A DNA stretch of 55,025 nt. It comes from a virus (lineage: Duplodnaviria > Caudoviricetes). Both the position numbers and the translations under genes were made by a program. Below, piece by piece: positions 17,388 to 27,537 of this stretch. How positions within the stretch are numbered: position 1 is the first letter of the stretch; the number at the start of each line of letters is the position of its first letter. The notes below the pieces were generated by a model. The model did no database searches, had not been told where the DNA came from, and worked only from the letters and a program-made list of their open reading frames with translations. The stretch spans positions 1-55,025 of IMG/VR virus record IMGVR_UViG_3300027759_000115; one strand, given 5' to 3'.

Positions 17388-19851
17388 TTGGTACTCCTTG
17401 CGGTGGTTGCATTTCAGGTGCGGCGGGTGCCACGGGTTGTTCAGGCATTGCCTGAGGTTGAGCTTGAGCCTGAATAGTCTCATGCGTCAATTTTGCATTT
17501 TCAATTGCAATCTTGGTCTGATTATCCAGCGCCGTCTTCTGCACGTCAGCCTGCAATTTTGCCTGATCGTATTGGTTATCGGCCTGATCCTTTTGGGTCT
17601 TGCGCTGAGTCTCAGCCATGCTGGTTTCCTTGACCACTTGGGCATCAGGCGGCAGGGCTTGTTTGGCCGCTTGCTGGCGCTGTTGGGCCGCTTGGATCAA
17701 CTGCTGGAAGGGTTGGCCAAACTGCGAGAACACCTCTTGTGTATCGAGCATGACGTGGGCACCAACCGTGGTGTACAGCTTGTCAATGGTCGGGGTCAGT
17801 GCGGGGTCGTCGTAGTCCGTGATGGGCTTGCCACGGGCCTTGGTGACATACCCGTTGGAGCGGTTCAAGTACCACAAGGTCATGTGTTGCTTGATGTGCT
17901 CAATCAAGTTGTTCAAGAAGGCTGGATCTGCAAATGGACTTTGGCCAAAGAATGGGTTCAAGCCAAATTGCAAGTGGTCTTGGATGTGGGCAATGTGATC
18001 CTGCTGGAGGTAGGCGTATGAGGCCTGACCAATCAGCATGGCCGCATTCTCATCCGCTGAGGTGCGCTGTTCGGGTGCTGGCACGTTCTTCATCAGTTCA
18101 TTGATGTTGGGCACCTTCATCTGCTTGAGCACTCGGCTCAACACGCTGGGCATGTTGAACTGGTCAGGGTGCTTTTCAGCCAAAGACAGCACAGCTTGGT
18201 TTTGAGCCATGCGCTGGGTTTCGCTGAAGATGTGCGGATCGGACACCGGCACCACGTCAGTGACTTTGGCAAAGTCATCGCGGGTGATTTGCAAATCAAC
18301 GACCTCATCAGCCATCTTCATTTCATCAAAGTGCCATCGGTTTAACCGACACAGGATCTTCAAAACCCTGGCTTGGCTGGCATGCATCCGGGCATGGATG
18401 GCTGAGAACACCGCCGCCCCTTGCTCAATCAGGGCCTGGGTGGTGCCCACAGGGGCCTGTGCGCTCACGTCAGCGATCTTTTCCTCGCTGGTGGTCACTA
18501 CCCCCTTAGCCGCCTTGTCCAGGTAGCCCATAAGCTCAAATAGCACCTGTGAGGGTGGGTTGAATGGCATGGGCATAGCGATCTGGCGGATGTCGTTGAC
18601 GCCGGGTGCGCCTTCAATCTCCACGATCTGGGTGACTTCCACCTGTTGGCTTTGACCGCTGATCTTGGCACCCTTGAGTTTCAACATGGTGGCGGCGTTG
18701 TTGATGTGCGCCGAATCCAACAATGCACGCAAAGAGCCGGTCAGGGCCGCGGACAAGCCACCGATCAAGTGGGGCAGGCCAATGGCATAGGCACCACGCC
18801 ACGGGATAAATTTGAACTCCACCACCCAATCAAGCTTGGTCATGGTTTCATCTTGCTCTTCCCAATTTCGATACAGGCCAACAACCTCGCTGTCCAACTC
18901 ATCAATCATCAGGATGTACGGGGCCATCGTGCCCTTGGAGTACTTGTCGTCATCAAGCTCCAGGTAGGTGTAGATGTGATAGACCTTGCGCAGGCCATCC
19001 TGGTTGTCCTCCATCTTTTTGCCTTCGATCTTGTCGTTGGCCTTTTGGGTCTTGGAGGGCTCAAATTCCATCGTCGCTTTGACGATGTTGATGTCGCGGT
19101 ACATCCCCATGCGGATACGCCGCTCAAACTGCTGGGCGGTGATCTCGTGGACTTCAGCCGCACGTTGGGCGGTGTAGAAGTTGGTGGCCGCAAAGGGCAG
19201 GATCACCCGGTCAATTGGGAGGAACTCCACGCATGGGCGCTTCTTCTCTTCGTCAAACCACAGCTTGAAGTACTGCGACCCACCCAAGGGCAACTGGGTC
19301 AGCATTTGCTCTTGCTCATCCCTGAATTCTTCGATCTGCTCGGTGATCTGCCAGTTCAGGTAATCGCGCTTGCGCTCGGCAGTAGCCGTCTTCATGTCGT
19401 CCATTTTGCCCAGGATCTTGGTCTTCACCGGGCCATCGGGCGGGAACAACTCTTTGATCGCACGAGCGGCAAAGTCCACACAGCCCTCGGCCATGACGGG
19501 GTGAACCACTTTTGACGCACCCATGAAGGTTGCGCCACCGGGGGCGTCATTGCCCATGCCGGTGCGGCGGATGCCCTCTTCATACTGCTTGTCACGCAAC
19601 TCACGGGCCTGTTTGTCCGTTTCCAGCAGGTCGATGTATTCCATCGCCAGCGTGCTCAAGGTGCCGTTGCTGATTGAGTCTGCGAGGTTGGAATAGAAGT
19701 CCGGGTTCATCTCCGGGCCGTCATCGGGCATGGTGATGATTGCTGAACCGTCAGGCTGTTCCTCTGACTGGATCTCAGGCAAATCAATCAGCGCACTGCC
19801 GTCAGCTTGTTCGCTGATGCCCATTTCGTCGATGTTTTCTTCGTCCATCAT
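17374..19851 (-). CDS. Portal protein
   Basis: 825 aa; HPVMAE..VDF.ARA..ELFP..GPVK, FIPW.G.Y.IGL.HLIG, APVGTT.AL.EQ motifs of podovirus portals. Confidence 0.88.
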   Translation of the reverse strand: MMDEENIDEMGISEQADGSALIDLPEIQSEEQPDGSAIITMPDDGPEMNPDFYSNLADSISNGTLSTLAMEYIDLLETDKQARELRDKQYEEGIRRTGMGNDAPGGATFMGASKVVHPVMAEGCVDFAARAIKELFPPDGPVKTKILGKMDDMKTATAERKRDYLNWQITEQIEEFRDEQEQMLTQLPLGGSQYFKLWFDEEKKRPCVEFLPIDRVILPFAATNFYTAQRAAEVHEITAQQFERRIRMGMYRDINIVKATMEFEPSKTQKANDKIEGKKMEDNQDGLRKVYHIYTYLELDDDKYSKGTMAPYILMIDELDSEVVGLYRNWEEQDETMTKLDWVVEFKFIPWRGAYAIGLPHLIGGLSAALTGSLRALLDSAHINNAATMLKLKGAKISGQSQQVEVTQIVEIEGAPGVNDIRQIAMPMPFNPPSQVLFELMGYLDKAAKGVVTTSEEKIADVSAQAPVGTTQALIEQGAAVFSAIHARMHASQARVLKILCRLNRWHFDEMKMADEVVDLQITRDDFAKVTDVVPVSDPHIFSETQRMAQNQAVLSLAEKHPDQFNMPSVLSRVLKQMKVPNINELMKNVPAPEQRTSADENAAMLIGQASYAYLQQDHIAHIQDHLQFGLNPFFGQSPFADPAFLNNLIEHIKQHMTLWYLNRSNGYVTKARGKPITDYDDPALTPTIDKLYTTVGAHVMLDTQEVFSQFGQPFQQLIQAAQQRQQAAKQALPPDAQVVKETSMAETQRKTQKDQADNQYDQAKLQADVQKTALDNQTKIAIENAKLTHETIQAQAQPQAMPEQPVAPAAPEMQPPQGVPNVNQ

Positions 19852-19852
19852 T

Positions 19853-22186
19853 TCACTTTCGTTTGGTCAACTCAAGGCGCATTGTGTCCAGATCTTTGTG
19901 AATGGACACTTTCCTTGATTTTGCCTTGTATGGTTTTTCTTCGTCGTCACCGTAACGCATGGCCAAGTGACGCTGGGCCATGATGTTGCTTTCAGGGAAG
20001 GCGTGGAAGTCGTCATCGGACAAGCCTGGGTGACGGCCACCAATTAATCCGCCGCCTGCTTTGCGCACGATCTTGATGGGCTGGGGTGCCACATATTCCT
20101 TGCCACGGGCGGCTTCTTGCTCGTGCGGGGGATCAATCTCGTACTCACCATTGTTGGCCATGGCGTGCTTGATGTGAGCTTCGCCTACATGGTGGGTAAA
20201 CGATGTTTCATGGCCAACGTTGCTGGTTGATTCGGTGGGCGTGGTCATCAAAATGTGACCGGCCTCTTTACCGTTTTTGGACTTAAAACGATTCTTTGGC
20301 AAGAACTCAGTGTCCATGAACCGCGAGTCCGTGGGAATCATGTGATCCACGGTTTCCATCTTGCCCGTCTTTTTGTTTTTCTTCCGCTCAGGCACATTCA
20401 CCAAGCGCGGATGCAGGATGTGTTGCTTCTGGTAGTCGTACCGTCTTGCTACCTTGTCATCGCCAACAATGGTGGTGTGGCCATAGTGAGCGTCCTCAGG
20501 CGTGGTCGGCTTGCCATTGGGGCCAAAATGGCCCTCAGGAGCTTCATTTTGTTGCTCTTTAGGTAAACGTGCCACCTCATTCCCACGGCCCCAATATTTG
20601 GCATGAGTGATGTGCTCTTCCATCTTCTTAGCCATGGGTGAGCCACGCTTGACATCGGTGACTAAATACGATCCCTTCGGTGGTGTCTTATGACCCTGCT
20701 CATTGACAAAATCGCCTTTGTTGTTTTCCGCCAAAACGGTGTTGCTCACTCGGCCTTTATCACGGGAAATGTTTTCCTCAACCTCTTTTCCATGCTTGAC
20801 CTTTGGCCCCACATTGGAATGAGTGACGTGGTAACCATTCTCAGGGTCATGCAATTCAGTGGTTTTACCGTATGAGTTGGCAATGATGGGAGGCTTTTTG
20901 TCGGCTTTGCGTTGCTCATTCAGGTGACGGATCACATGACGTGATGAGGTGTCGGTTTCATCCACCACGTTGGGGCGGAACAACAGGCGCTTGTTGTTTT
21001 TATCCGACAGCCTTGCCGCATCACGCAGTGAGCCGGTGTGGGCCAAGATCCAATCTTTGGTCATTGCCGGGTCATGCTTGGCTTGCTCATGGCAGGCGCG
21101 GCGCACAGACGCATTGACATACTGTTGTTCGGCATTGGGTGCAAAGCAGGTGCCCTTACTGGTGTCAACAATGCCATTTGCATCGGTGCCGCCACCACAT
21201 CCAGTGGTTTGGCCGGGGCAAGTGTTGATGACGTGATGCTTTGCGTTTTCCCCGTGGCCAGATGTGTACAGGGCATGTCCAGCTACACCTTTTGAGGCAA
21301 AGCCCACATGGGTGCGGCCTTGCTCGTCGGTTTCATGACGCACGGTGTCGAGCTTTTCGGACTCATCCAGGGTGTTGGCGTCGCGCTTGATGTGCATCGC
21401 GTCCTGAAGCTTTTTCAATGCCGCATCTTCTGCCGCCTTTTGCTCGTGCAAGGGCTTGGCAAAGTGCTCTTGCAATGTTTGCCTGTGAATTCTTCCAACT
21501 TGACCGATGTCTAATGGATCGCGGTTCTCTGATCCATACACCCTTGCCCTGGCTTCGTTGATGTGTTTCATGCCAGGGTTAAAAAAGCTTTGGCCTTTTT
21601 GCTTGCCTTTTGTATATACGCCGCTAGATCCGTGCCACATGTGACGGGGAACCATGATTCCTTTAACGTCTTTAGGGCCTTCAGCATCAATTTTGATGCG
21701 TGTCGGTTGATCTTTTTTGGCTTTCAACTCGGCCTTCATTGCATCGACCGACTTGGCCGACCCACCTTTGGCCATTCCAGGGGGCGCAGGGGGCTTCATG
21801 GCGCTCATTGCCTGTCCCTGGGGGGTCATCTGCAAGATGTTGCTTGGAGGCTGTCCAAGGGGGTTTGACTGGCCTTGCAACTGGGGTGCGGTGGCTTGGG
21901 GTTGTCCAGGCTGACCGGGTGGGGCACCCATCGGTTGCTGTGACTGTGCGGTCATCATCTGGTGTCCAGGCTGGTCAACGCTCATGTCCACACCACCAAC
22001 GGGCAAGCCAGACTGTGTGGCCAATCCACCAGGGGGCACGCCGTCATTGTCTTCCCAGTCGTTGGAAGGCGGCAGGTAGGGCTTGGGGTCTACATTGGGA
22101 GCTTCATTCACGCCGATCTGCTGAATGTCGTAGGTGTTGGGGCGCTGGTTCAATGCCAAGCGCATTTGGGCAATGGTTGGTTGCAC
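19853..22186 (-). CDS. Large accessory protein; central Cys-cluster domain resembling GP88-type proteins, bracketed by GG motifs
   Basis: NTCPGQTTGC...TCFA...C, RPNVVDE, SYGK; MAKGG before and KAGGG after; P/Q-rich N-terminus. Confidence 0.55.
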   Translation of the reverse strand: MQPTIAQMRLALNQRPNTYDIQQIGVNEAPNVDPKPYLPPSNDWEDNDGVPPGGLATQSGLPVGGVDMSVDQPGHQMMTAQSQQPMGAPPGQPGQPQATAPQLQGQSNPLGQPPSNILQMTPQGQAMSAMKPPAPPGMAKGGSAKSVDAMKAELKAKKDQPTRIKIDAEGPKDVKGIMVPRHMWHGSSGVYTKGKQKGQSFFNPGMKHINEARARVYGSENRDPLDIGQVGRIHRQTLQEHFAKPLHEQKAAEDAALKKLQDAMHIKRDANTLDESEKLDTVRHETDEQGRTHVGFASKGVAGHALYTSGHGENAKHHVINTCPGQTTGCGGGTDANGIVDTSKGTCFAPNAEQQYVNASVRRACHEQAKHDPAMTKDWILAHTGSLRDAARLSDKNNKRLLFRPNVVDETDTSSRHVIRHLNEQRKADKKPPIIANSYGKTTELHDPENGYHVTHSNVGPKVKHGKEVEENISRDKGRVSNTVLAENNKGDFVNEQGHKTPPKGSYLVTDVKRGSPMAKKMEEHITHAKYWGRGNEVARLPKEQQNEAPEGHFGPNGKPTTPEDAHYGHTTIVGDDKVARRYDYQKQHILHPRLVNVPERKKNKKTGKMETVDHMIPTDSRFMDTEFLPKNRFKSKNGKEAGHILMTTPTESTSNVGHETSFTHHVGEAHIKHAMANNGEYEIDPPHEQEAARGKEYVAPQPIKIVRKAGGGLIGGRHPGLSDDDFHAFPESNIMAQRHLAMRYGDDEEKPYKAKSRKVSIHKDLDTMRLELTKRK

Positions 22187-22195
22187 GATTACTCC

Positions 22196-23896
22196 TTATT
22201 GGGTGGCCACTATGCCACCGGATTTGTAAAGTGGGATGCCGTTCTGCTTGACATCTTGGCGCATTTCTTCGGTGATGGGGAAGTAGTGGGTCTGAGCATA
22301 TTCCGGTTTGTCAGATTTCATTGGGCCAAAACCGGCAAAGCCGGGCACCATTTCATTACGACCTGTTTCAATTGGGTGCGCGTGCAACTCAGTTTTCACG
22401 CCGTACTTCTTGCCAATGCTGTTGAGGATGTTGGGCACCTTCTTGTCGTAAAAGCCTTTCATGCCTTCACCGCCAATGGTTAAGCCAGCGCCTGATATTG
22501 TTTGTGAATCGCCGCTCATGATGTTTTTGGCTACATCTTTGCCAACAACTTCACTAAGGCTCTTTCCCATAAAGTTTTGTATTGATGAGTCACTGACATA
22601 GTCAACAACACCATCGTTGTCAACGCCTAATTTCAATGATTTGCCATCAAAAGTATCCAAAGCAACTGTTCTTGTTTTTTTGCCAGTGCCTGCATGGGTT
22701 CTTCCAATTACGTTTATTTCATCAATAACATTTGCCAAACTATACCGATTAGCTTGCTCTGCACCCGGTGTTACCACCACGCCATGGTAGCCGTTCTCAG
22801 CCGCATGATGGATCAGGCGTTTGAGTGCCATCTCTTCCCAGTTCTTTTTGAATGGGGCGTCGGGGACAAGATTGCCAACTTTATTATTATTATCAATAAT
22901 TGAGCGCTCTACTCTGTTGGCCTCTTCCATCAGTGGCTGAATCTCAGCCTGACGATCTGGCCTGTGTGAGTTTCTGTTGAACTCGTTGTTCAATTCCATG
23001 GCCCGTTTTCTTGCGGCAATATATTCAGGATCGTTCCAATCTATTCTTTTGTGGTCACCACGGTACCCTTTGTCACGCCCTTGCTGGTGCCAGTCGGACT
23101 GCAACTCCTCAAGGTGCAATAGCTTCTCACCGTTGGGGCCTGTGCGGTCTTTGAGGCGCAGGCTGGCTAGGATGCCGGGTTCGCCACCGAAGTGGGCTCC
23201 AACGCCTTGAAATTGTTCTGGCAGTTCTTTTGTTTTTGCTTCAATTTCGCGTATTAACTTTGCAAGTTGACCAACACGCTTTTCTTGTTCTGGTGTTCTG
23301 CCATGGTAGGGCATATTGCGAAGTTCATTATGAGCAGTCTCAATCTGCTTCATGTAATCTGGTTGTTTTGGAGCTTTGATCAGCATCTCGCGGTAATTGT
23401 CGCCACCGGGTAAGGTGTATCCACCGTGATATGTTGAGCTTGGGTTTTCGGTTGCACGTTCTTCCGCAAGGCGCAAAGCCTGATCCATGTGGTTGGTGCG
23501 CAACCTTTGCATTTCTTCTGCCGCAAGTCTGCGGTATTCCTCCGATGTGTCAGCCCCTTCGCTGGCATATTCTCTGGCGCGTACCCTGATCAGATCGTTT
23601 GCATTTCTGCGAAGTATTTCTTTGCTTGGCAGGGCTGGCTTTTCGCCTAACACCTTTTCACCAATGGCTGGCGCAGGCTTGGAGCCCAATGCCGCCATGA
23701 ACTGCTCATGGGTCATCTTGGGGGCGTTGAGCAACTCACCCAGGCCACGCTCGGCCACCTCGGCTTGCTTCACCCCAGGGATGGACATCAGCTCCTTGAG
23801 GAACTCAGATCCAGTGCCGACCTTGCGGCGCAATAGCCCTGCGGCCTTGTCTAGGGAGGAATAAAAGGGCTTGCCTTGGCCAACCAGTTCTCTCAC
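22196..23896 (-). CDS. Large accessory protein with a domain of the kind seen in phage polyvalent/internal virion proteins
   Basis: FYSSL, LPGG.NYRE.L, EELQSDWHQ.GR, PDAPFK, GM.GFYD motifs; ends YKSGGIV. Confidence 0.6.
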   Translation of the reverse strand: MRELVGQGKPFYSSLDKAAGLLRRKVGTGSEFLKELMSIPGVKQAEVAERGLGELLNAPKMTHEQFMAALGSKPAPAIGEKVLGEKPALPSKEILRRNANDLIRVRAREYASEGADTSEEYRRLAAEEMQRLRTNHMDQALRLAEERATENPSSTYHGGYTLPGGDNYREMLIKAPKQPDYMKQIETAHNELRNMPYHGRTPEQEKRVGQLAKLIREIEAKTKELPEQFQGVGAHFGGEPGILASLRLKDRTGPNGEKLLHLEELQSDWHQQGRDKGYRGDHKRIDWNDPEYIAARKRAMELNNEFNRNSHRPDRQAEIQPLMEEANRVERSIIDNNNKVGNLVPDAPFKKNWEEMALKRLIHHAAENGYHGVVVTPGAEQANRYSLANVIDEINVIGRTHAGTGKKTRTVALDTFDGKSLKLGVDNDGVVDYVSDSSIQNFMGKSLSEVVGKDVAKNIMSGDSQTISGAGLTIGGEGMKGFYDKKVPNILNSIGKKYGVKTELHAHPIETGRNEMVPGFAGFGPMKSDKPEYAQTHYFPITEEMRQDVKQNGIPLYKSGGIVATQ

Positions 23897-25794
23897 AGTG
23901 GGCGCTCCTCGATCTCAAGGTGGTGGGCGTGGGTGACTCGACCGCCACGGGCTTTTTTGGCTTTGGCAAAAGCTCTGCCTGCCGCTGTTAAATCGGTACT
24001 GTGCTTGACATCAAAGTCTTTTCTAGCGCGATCAAGTAACTTGGATGCAATTCCTTGACGGCGGTTGGCTTCCGCAACATATAAGTTCTGAATCACGGCT
24101 TTTTTACTGCGAGGGCCTTGCGTGGCAATTTGCATCGCTCCAATTGGTGTTTGATCTTCGCCGTGATAAACATATCTGTACGATTTTTTGCTTGACGGAA
24201 ACATTGACAGGCCAGATTTAAAAGCCCCATCGTCAGCCACCAGCTTTTCGTCACCAACCATCTTAGAGGAGCCAATTGGTTGAAGAAGATCATTCTCGGG
24301 GTGCGGCTTCCAGTCAGCACCTCCAACGGCCATATGAGCCACGCCACCCTTGGCTTTGTAGTTCACATGCTCCTCAGCCATCCACTGCTGAGGGCCAACA
24401 CAGCCACCACCGGCAAAGCCAAAGGTCTTCTTCTTGAACGGTTGGGCGCGGGGCAGATCGGACATGCCAGCCGCCTTGTTGATTGACTTCACCTCGGCAT
24501 CAGTCAGCACCTTGTTGACCTTCATCGACCCGCCGATCAGCCAGTTCCCCGTCATGTTGGGGTTGGTCTTGTACCTGTAGTGCCCACCCTTGGGGATCTG
24601 GTCGGTGATGTGCGACTTGACGGGGATCACCTTGCCCTGGGCGTTGGTGCCACGTCTGGTGGCCTCTGACTGCCAATCCACATCGTCTGGCATCTCCACC
24701 TCAGCCCATGCGTGGTTGGCCGGTCGGCGGTCAGGCGCTGTCAGTTTGGGGTCAGACTTCTCGCCAATGTGCGTGGCAATGGGCAGGTCACCGGCATGCC
24801 AGCCTGGGCGGTAGGCCAAGGCACCGATCTTTGACTTGACTTTGCCATTGGCCATCTCGCCCTCTTTGGCATCTACCCACTTGTTCATTTCCACCGGGGT
24901 GTTGGCATCCACAAACAGGGGAAACAGCTTGCCAGGGTGATCGGTGTGGACACGGAAAAGCTTGTAGGCCTTGACGGTTTTCTTGGGCTCCACGGAGCCA
25001 CCCTTGGCCATGTTGAGGTCGTCTTTGGTCGTGTCGTAGGTGCCGCGGTTGCCGGTGGCTGACTTGATCATCTTGGGGTTGTAGTGAATCACCTCTTGGA
25101 TCTTGCCGTTGCGCTTGATGATCATTGCGTCATGGCCCAATGCCTTGGCCCTTGTATATACATGCTTGCCGGGGCCACCTTGCTTCTCATAGGCCTTTTC
25201 GACAATGTCATACGCCTTGTCTTTGGACACGCCCATCATCATGAGGGCCATCACGTTGGGGTCGCCGGGGCCAACCATGTCCACCACCAGCGGGTTCATG
25301 GTTCTGGCATGTAATGGCAACATATTGCCGCCGACCTCGTGGGACTCGACCTCACCCTTGTTTATGCGGTTGAGCATCTTGGTGGCACCGGCACGGGCGT
25401 AGTCTGAATCACCAGCCATATCCCGTTTGATCTGGCTCATGGCTGGTATGCCCGTATAGCCGGTGGCATATTCGGTGTCGGGGGTCATGTATACCCCAGG
25501 GCCAAATGCGCCCTCCTTGCTGGGTTTGAGGCGGCGCACGGCCTCTTGTCGCTTGCCACCCTCAGTCGCTGTCGTGCCGTGGTACAGGCGCATCGGGGTG
25601 TGACTGCCCTCAAGGAACTGATCAAGGTTGGCCGATCCACCATCAGCTTTTGGTTGTGGTTTTACCGGGGGCAGGCCATGCATCTTTTCCAGGTTGTCAT
25701 AAGCCTTTTGCTTCCTGCGCTGGGCTTCCACCACGGGCGCATAGGATTGCCTCAGGCGCTGAAAATCAGCCAGTTGCTGTGGGGTTAGTGGCAC
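23893..25794 (-). CDS. Multidomain protein: ADP-ribosyltransferase-like domain, unknown domain, GNAT acetyltransferase
   Basis: LYHGT...GPGVYMT...YA..Y...GHDAMI...E...IKSATGNRGTYD (ART-like); AYKLFR...LAYRPGWH; IQNLYV....RRQGIASKLL (GNAT motif A). Confidence 0.75.
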   Translation of the reverse strand: MPLTPQQLADFQRLRQSYAPVVEAQRRKQKAYDNLEKMHGLPPVKPQPKADGGSANLDQFLEGSHTPMRLYHGTTATEGGKRQEAVRRLKPSKEGAFGPGVYMTPDTEYATGYTGIPAMSQIKRDMAGDSDYARAGATKMLNRINKGEVESHEVGGNMLPLHARTMNPLVVDMVGPGDPNVMALMMMGVSKDKAYDIVEKAYEKQGGPGKHVYTRAKALGHDAMIIKRNGKIQEVIHYNPKMIKSATGNRGTYDTTKDDLNMAKGGSVEPKKTVKAYKLFRVHTDHPGKLFPLFVDANTPVEMNKWVDAKEGEMANGKVKSKIGALAYRPGWHAGDLPIATHIGEKSDPKLTAPDRRPANHAWAEVEMPDDVDWQSEATRRGTNAQGKVIPVKSHITDQIPKGGHYRYKTNPNMTGNWLIGGSMKVNKVLTDAEVKSINKAAGMSDLPRAQPFKKKTFGFAGGGCVGPQQWMAEEHVNYKAKGGVAHMAVGGADWKPHPENDLLQPIGSSKMVGDEKLVADDGAFKSGLSMFPSSKKSYRYVYHGEDQTPIGAMQIATQGPRSKKAVIQNLYVAEANRRQGIASKLLDRARKDFDVKHSTDLTAAGRAFAKAKKARGGRVTHAHHLEIEERPL

Positions 25795-25820
25795 CGCTCG
25801 TCCTCTTGGTGGTTTGCGGA

Positions 25821-25849
25821 ATTATGCCTTGCGTTGGGGCGCAGGTCTA
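25821..25849 (-). promoter_or_regulatory. sigma70-like promoter upstream of the accessory cluster
   Basis: TAGACC-17 bp-CATAAT, intergenic, just upstream of the 25794 start. Confidence 0.55.
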
Positions 25850-25897
25850 CCAGGGCACCCTTTGCACCGCGGCTTGACCTGACACACCCCAAGGCGC

Positions 25898-26071
25898 TCA
25901 CACTTGGTCATTCTTGCGTCGCCATACAACCCACTCTTTGAACAGTTGCCAGACCTGTTGCTCACTGATCTCGGCATGCGGCTGGCACAGCACCTCAAAG
26001 CGGTTTGCGCACATTGTGGTCACCACGCCCTCACGGTGGATGACCTTCTCGTAATCTTTGACTTCTTCCAT
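25898..26071 (-). CDS. Hypothetical protein, 57 aa (not in ORF track)
   Basis: MEEVKDYEKVIHREGVVTTMCANRF...; AAGGAG RBS. Confidence 0.7.
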   Translation of the reverse strand: MEEVKDYEKVIHREGVVTTMCANRFEVLCQPHAEISEQQVWQLFKEWVVWRRKNDQV

Positions 26072-26109
26072 GATGCTCCTTCTCGGTTTAACCGAACCTG
26101 ACAGTTAAC

Positions 26110-27537
26110 TTACGCTGAATAAGGGTTGACACGTTGGCGACGGTTGAAGTCATCGGCGTCCATCAAGTCGTCGCCATCGAAGGGGTCGCGGGGTGGTGCG
26201 TCAATGCTGATCCAGCCACCGTCACGCAGGTACCGTAGGCCTTGGCTGATGCAGTCGACAAACTCGTCATGGACGGTATCAGGGAAGCTACAGATCTGGC
26301 TGACCATGCCCTCGGCCCAGTCCTTGACGTAACCCTTGCGCACGGACGACTCAGGCACCCATACGCGGCCTGCTTTGATGATGTTGGCCACGATGCTCAG
26401 GCGCTGGATCTTGTCGGCCTTGCCGGGGTTGTACGCATGCACGGGCAGGTGGGCACGCTGTAAGTCTTGGATCAAGCTGATACCGGCGCTCTTGTCCTCC
26501 ACCAGGATCAAGTCCACCAGCTTGCGCTCACGGCCTTCACCATAGACCGTTTCAAACTCTTCAATGACCTTGGGGCGCAGGTCGGGGTACTGTAGGTGCT
26601 CTTGCCAGCAGTCCAGCACCATGACGCTCATGCCGCCATCCATGGGCTTGAATACGCCCAGGGTGATTGAGCCGGTGGGGTCGTTATGGGTCTTGTCGCT
26701 CGTTGCGCAGTCATAAGACTGGATGATGAACTCAAGCGGGGGGAAGGGCTTGCCATTGGGCCACAGGCGGAACCAGTCACGGCGGACGATGCCGCCCTCC
26801 TCGGGGTCGATGATCTCGGCGTGGATCTCCTGACGGCCAAGGTTGGTGCCCTCATACTGAAGGATCTGCTTTTGGAAGGATGGTGCGAGGTTGTTGATGT
26901 TGCTGTAGGTGCTGGCGCGGGTCACCACCACGTCGTCGCCCTCCCGGCTGATCAGATCCATCACCACCTCTTTGGGCTTGGGCGTGGTTGAGCAAATCAG
27001 CTTGGTGCGCTGGCCCAGGCGGATGCCGAATTGAATCATGTCCCACGACTCTTGGAGGTACTCCCATGCGGCCAACTCATCCAGCCAGCCACCATGGAAC
27101 TGCGGCCCCCGGAAGCGCTCGGGCTCCGACGCCGGTATGCCCTTGATAAAGCTCCCATTGATGAGCCTTATCTCATGCAGGCTCTTGTTGTAGTCGGCAA
27201 TTAGAACTTTTGGTATAACACTGAGCAGTCCTGAATCGCCTTCAAAACAGGTTCCCTTCAAGTCACCGCTGGTGGGGGCGGACACCAGCCACCGGGTGCC
27301 GGGTTGCTCCCATGCCCACTCAGCCAGCGTTTCAGCCGCGGCTCGGGTCTTACCGGCTCCACGGCCAGCCAGCATGAGCCAGATGTTCCACCACTCCCCT
27401 GGGGGCTCGATCTGGTGCTTGTGGGCCTTCTGGTACCACTCCATGCGCCAGTTGACCACCGCCTGCTCAGTTGGGTGGAGCTTTGCGAACTCCTCGACCA
27501 GGGCCGGGTCTTCCAGAAGTTCAGCTATTGCGCTCAT
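26110..27537 (-). CDS. terL: Terminase large subunit
   Basis: Walker A AGRGAGKT, Walker B GWLDE, TTP coupling motif, nuclease YD.A...HDEFVD. Confidence 0.96.
   Translation of the reverse strand: MSAIAELLEDPALVEEFAKLHPTEQAVVNWRMEWYQKAHKHQIEPPGEWWNIWLMLAGRGAGKTRAAAETLAEWAWEQPGTRWLVSAPTSGDLKGTCFEGDSGLLSVIPKVLIADYNKSLHEIRLINGSFIKGIPASEPERFRGPQFHGGWLDELAAWEYLQESWDMIQFGIRLGQRTKLICSTTPKPKEVVMDLISREGDDVVVTRASTYSNINNLAPSFQKQILQYEGTNLGRQEIHAEIIDPEEGGIVRRDWFRLWPNGKPFPPLEFIIQSYDCATSDKTHNDPTGSITLGVFKPMDGGMSVMVLDCWQEHLQYPDLRPKVIEEFETVYGEGRERKLVDLILVEDKSAGISLIQDLQRAHLPVHAYNPGKADKIQRLSIVANIIKAGRVWVPESSVRKGYVKDWAEGMVSQICSFPDTVHDEFVDCISQGLRYLRDGGWISIDAPPRDPFDGDDLMDADDFNRRQRVNPYSA

Noticed and set aside
17398-19515. 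Long + strand ORFs opposite the portal (and similar shadow ORFs elsewhere)
   Set aside because: Antisense shadows of GC-rich codon usage in well-supported - strand genes
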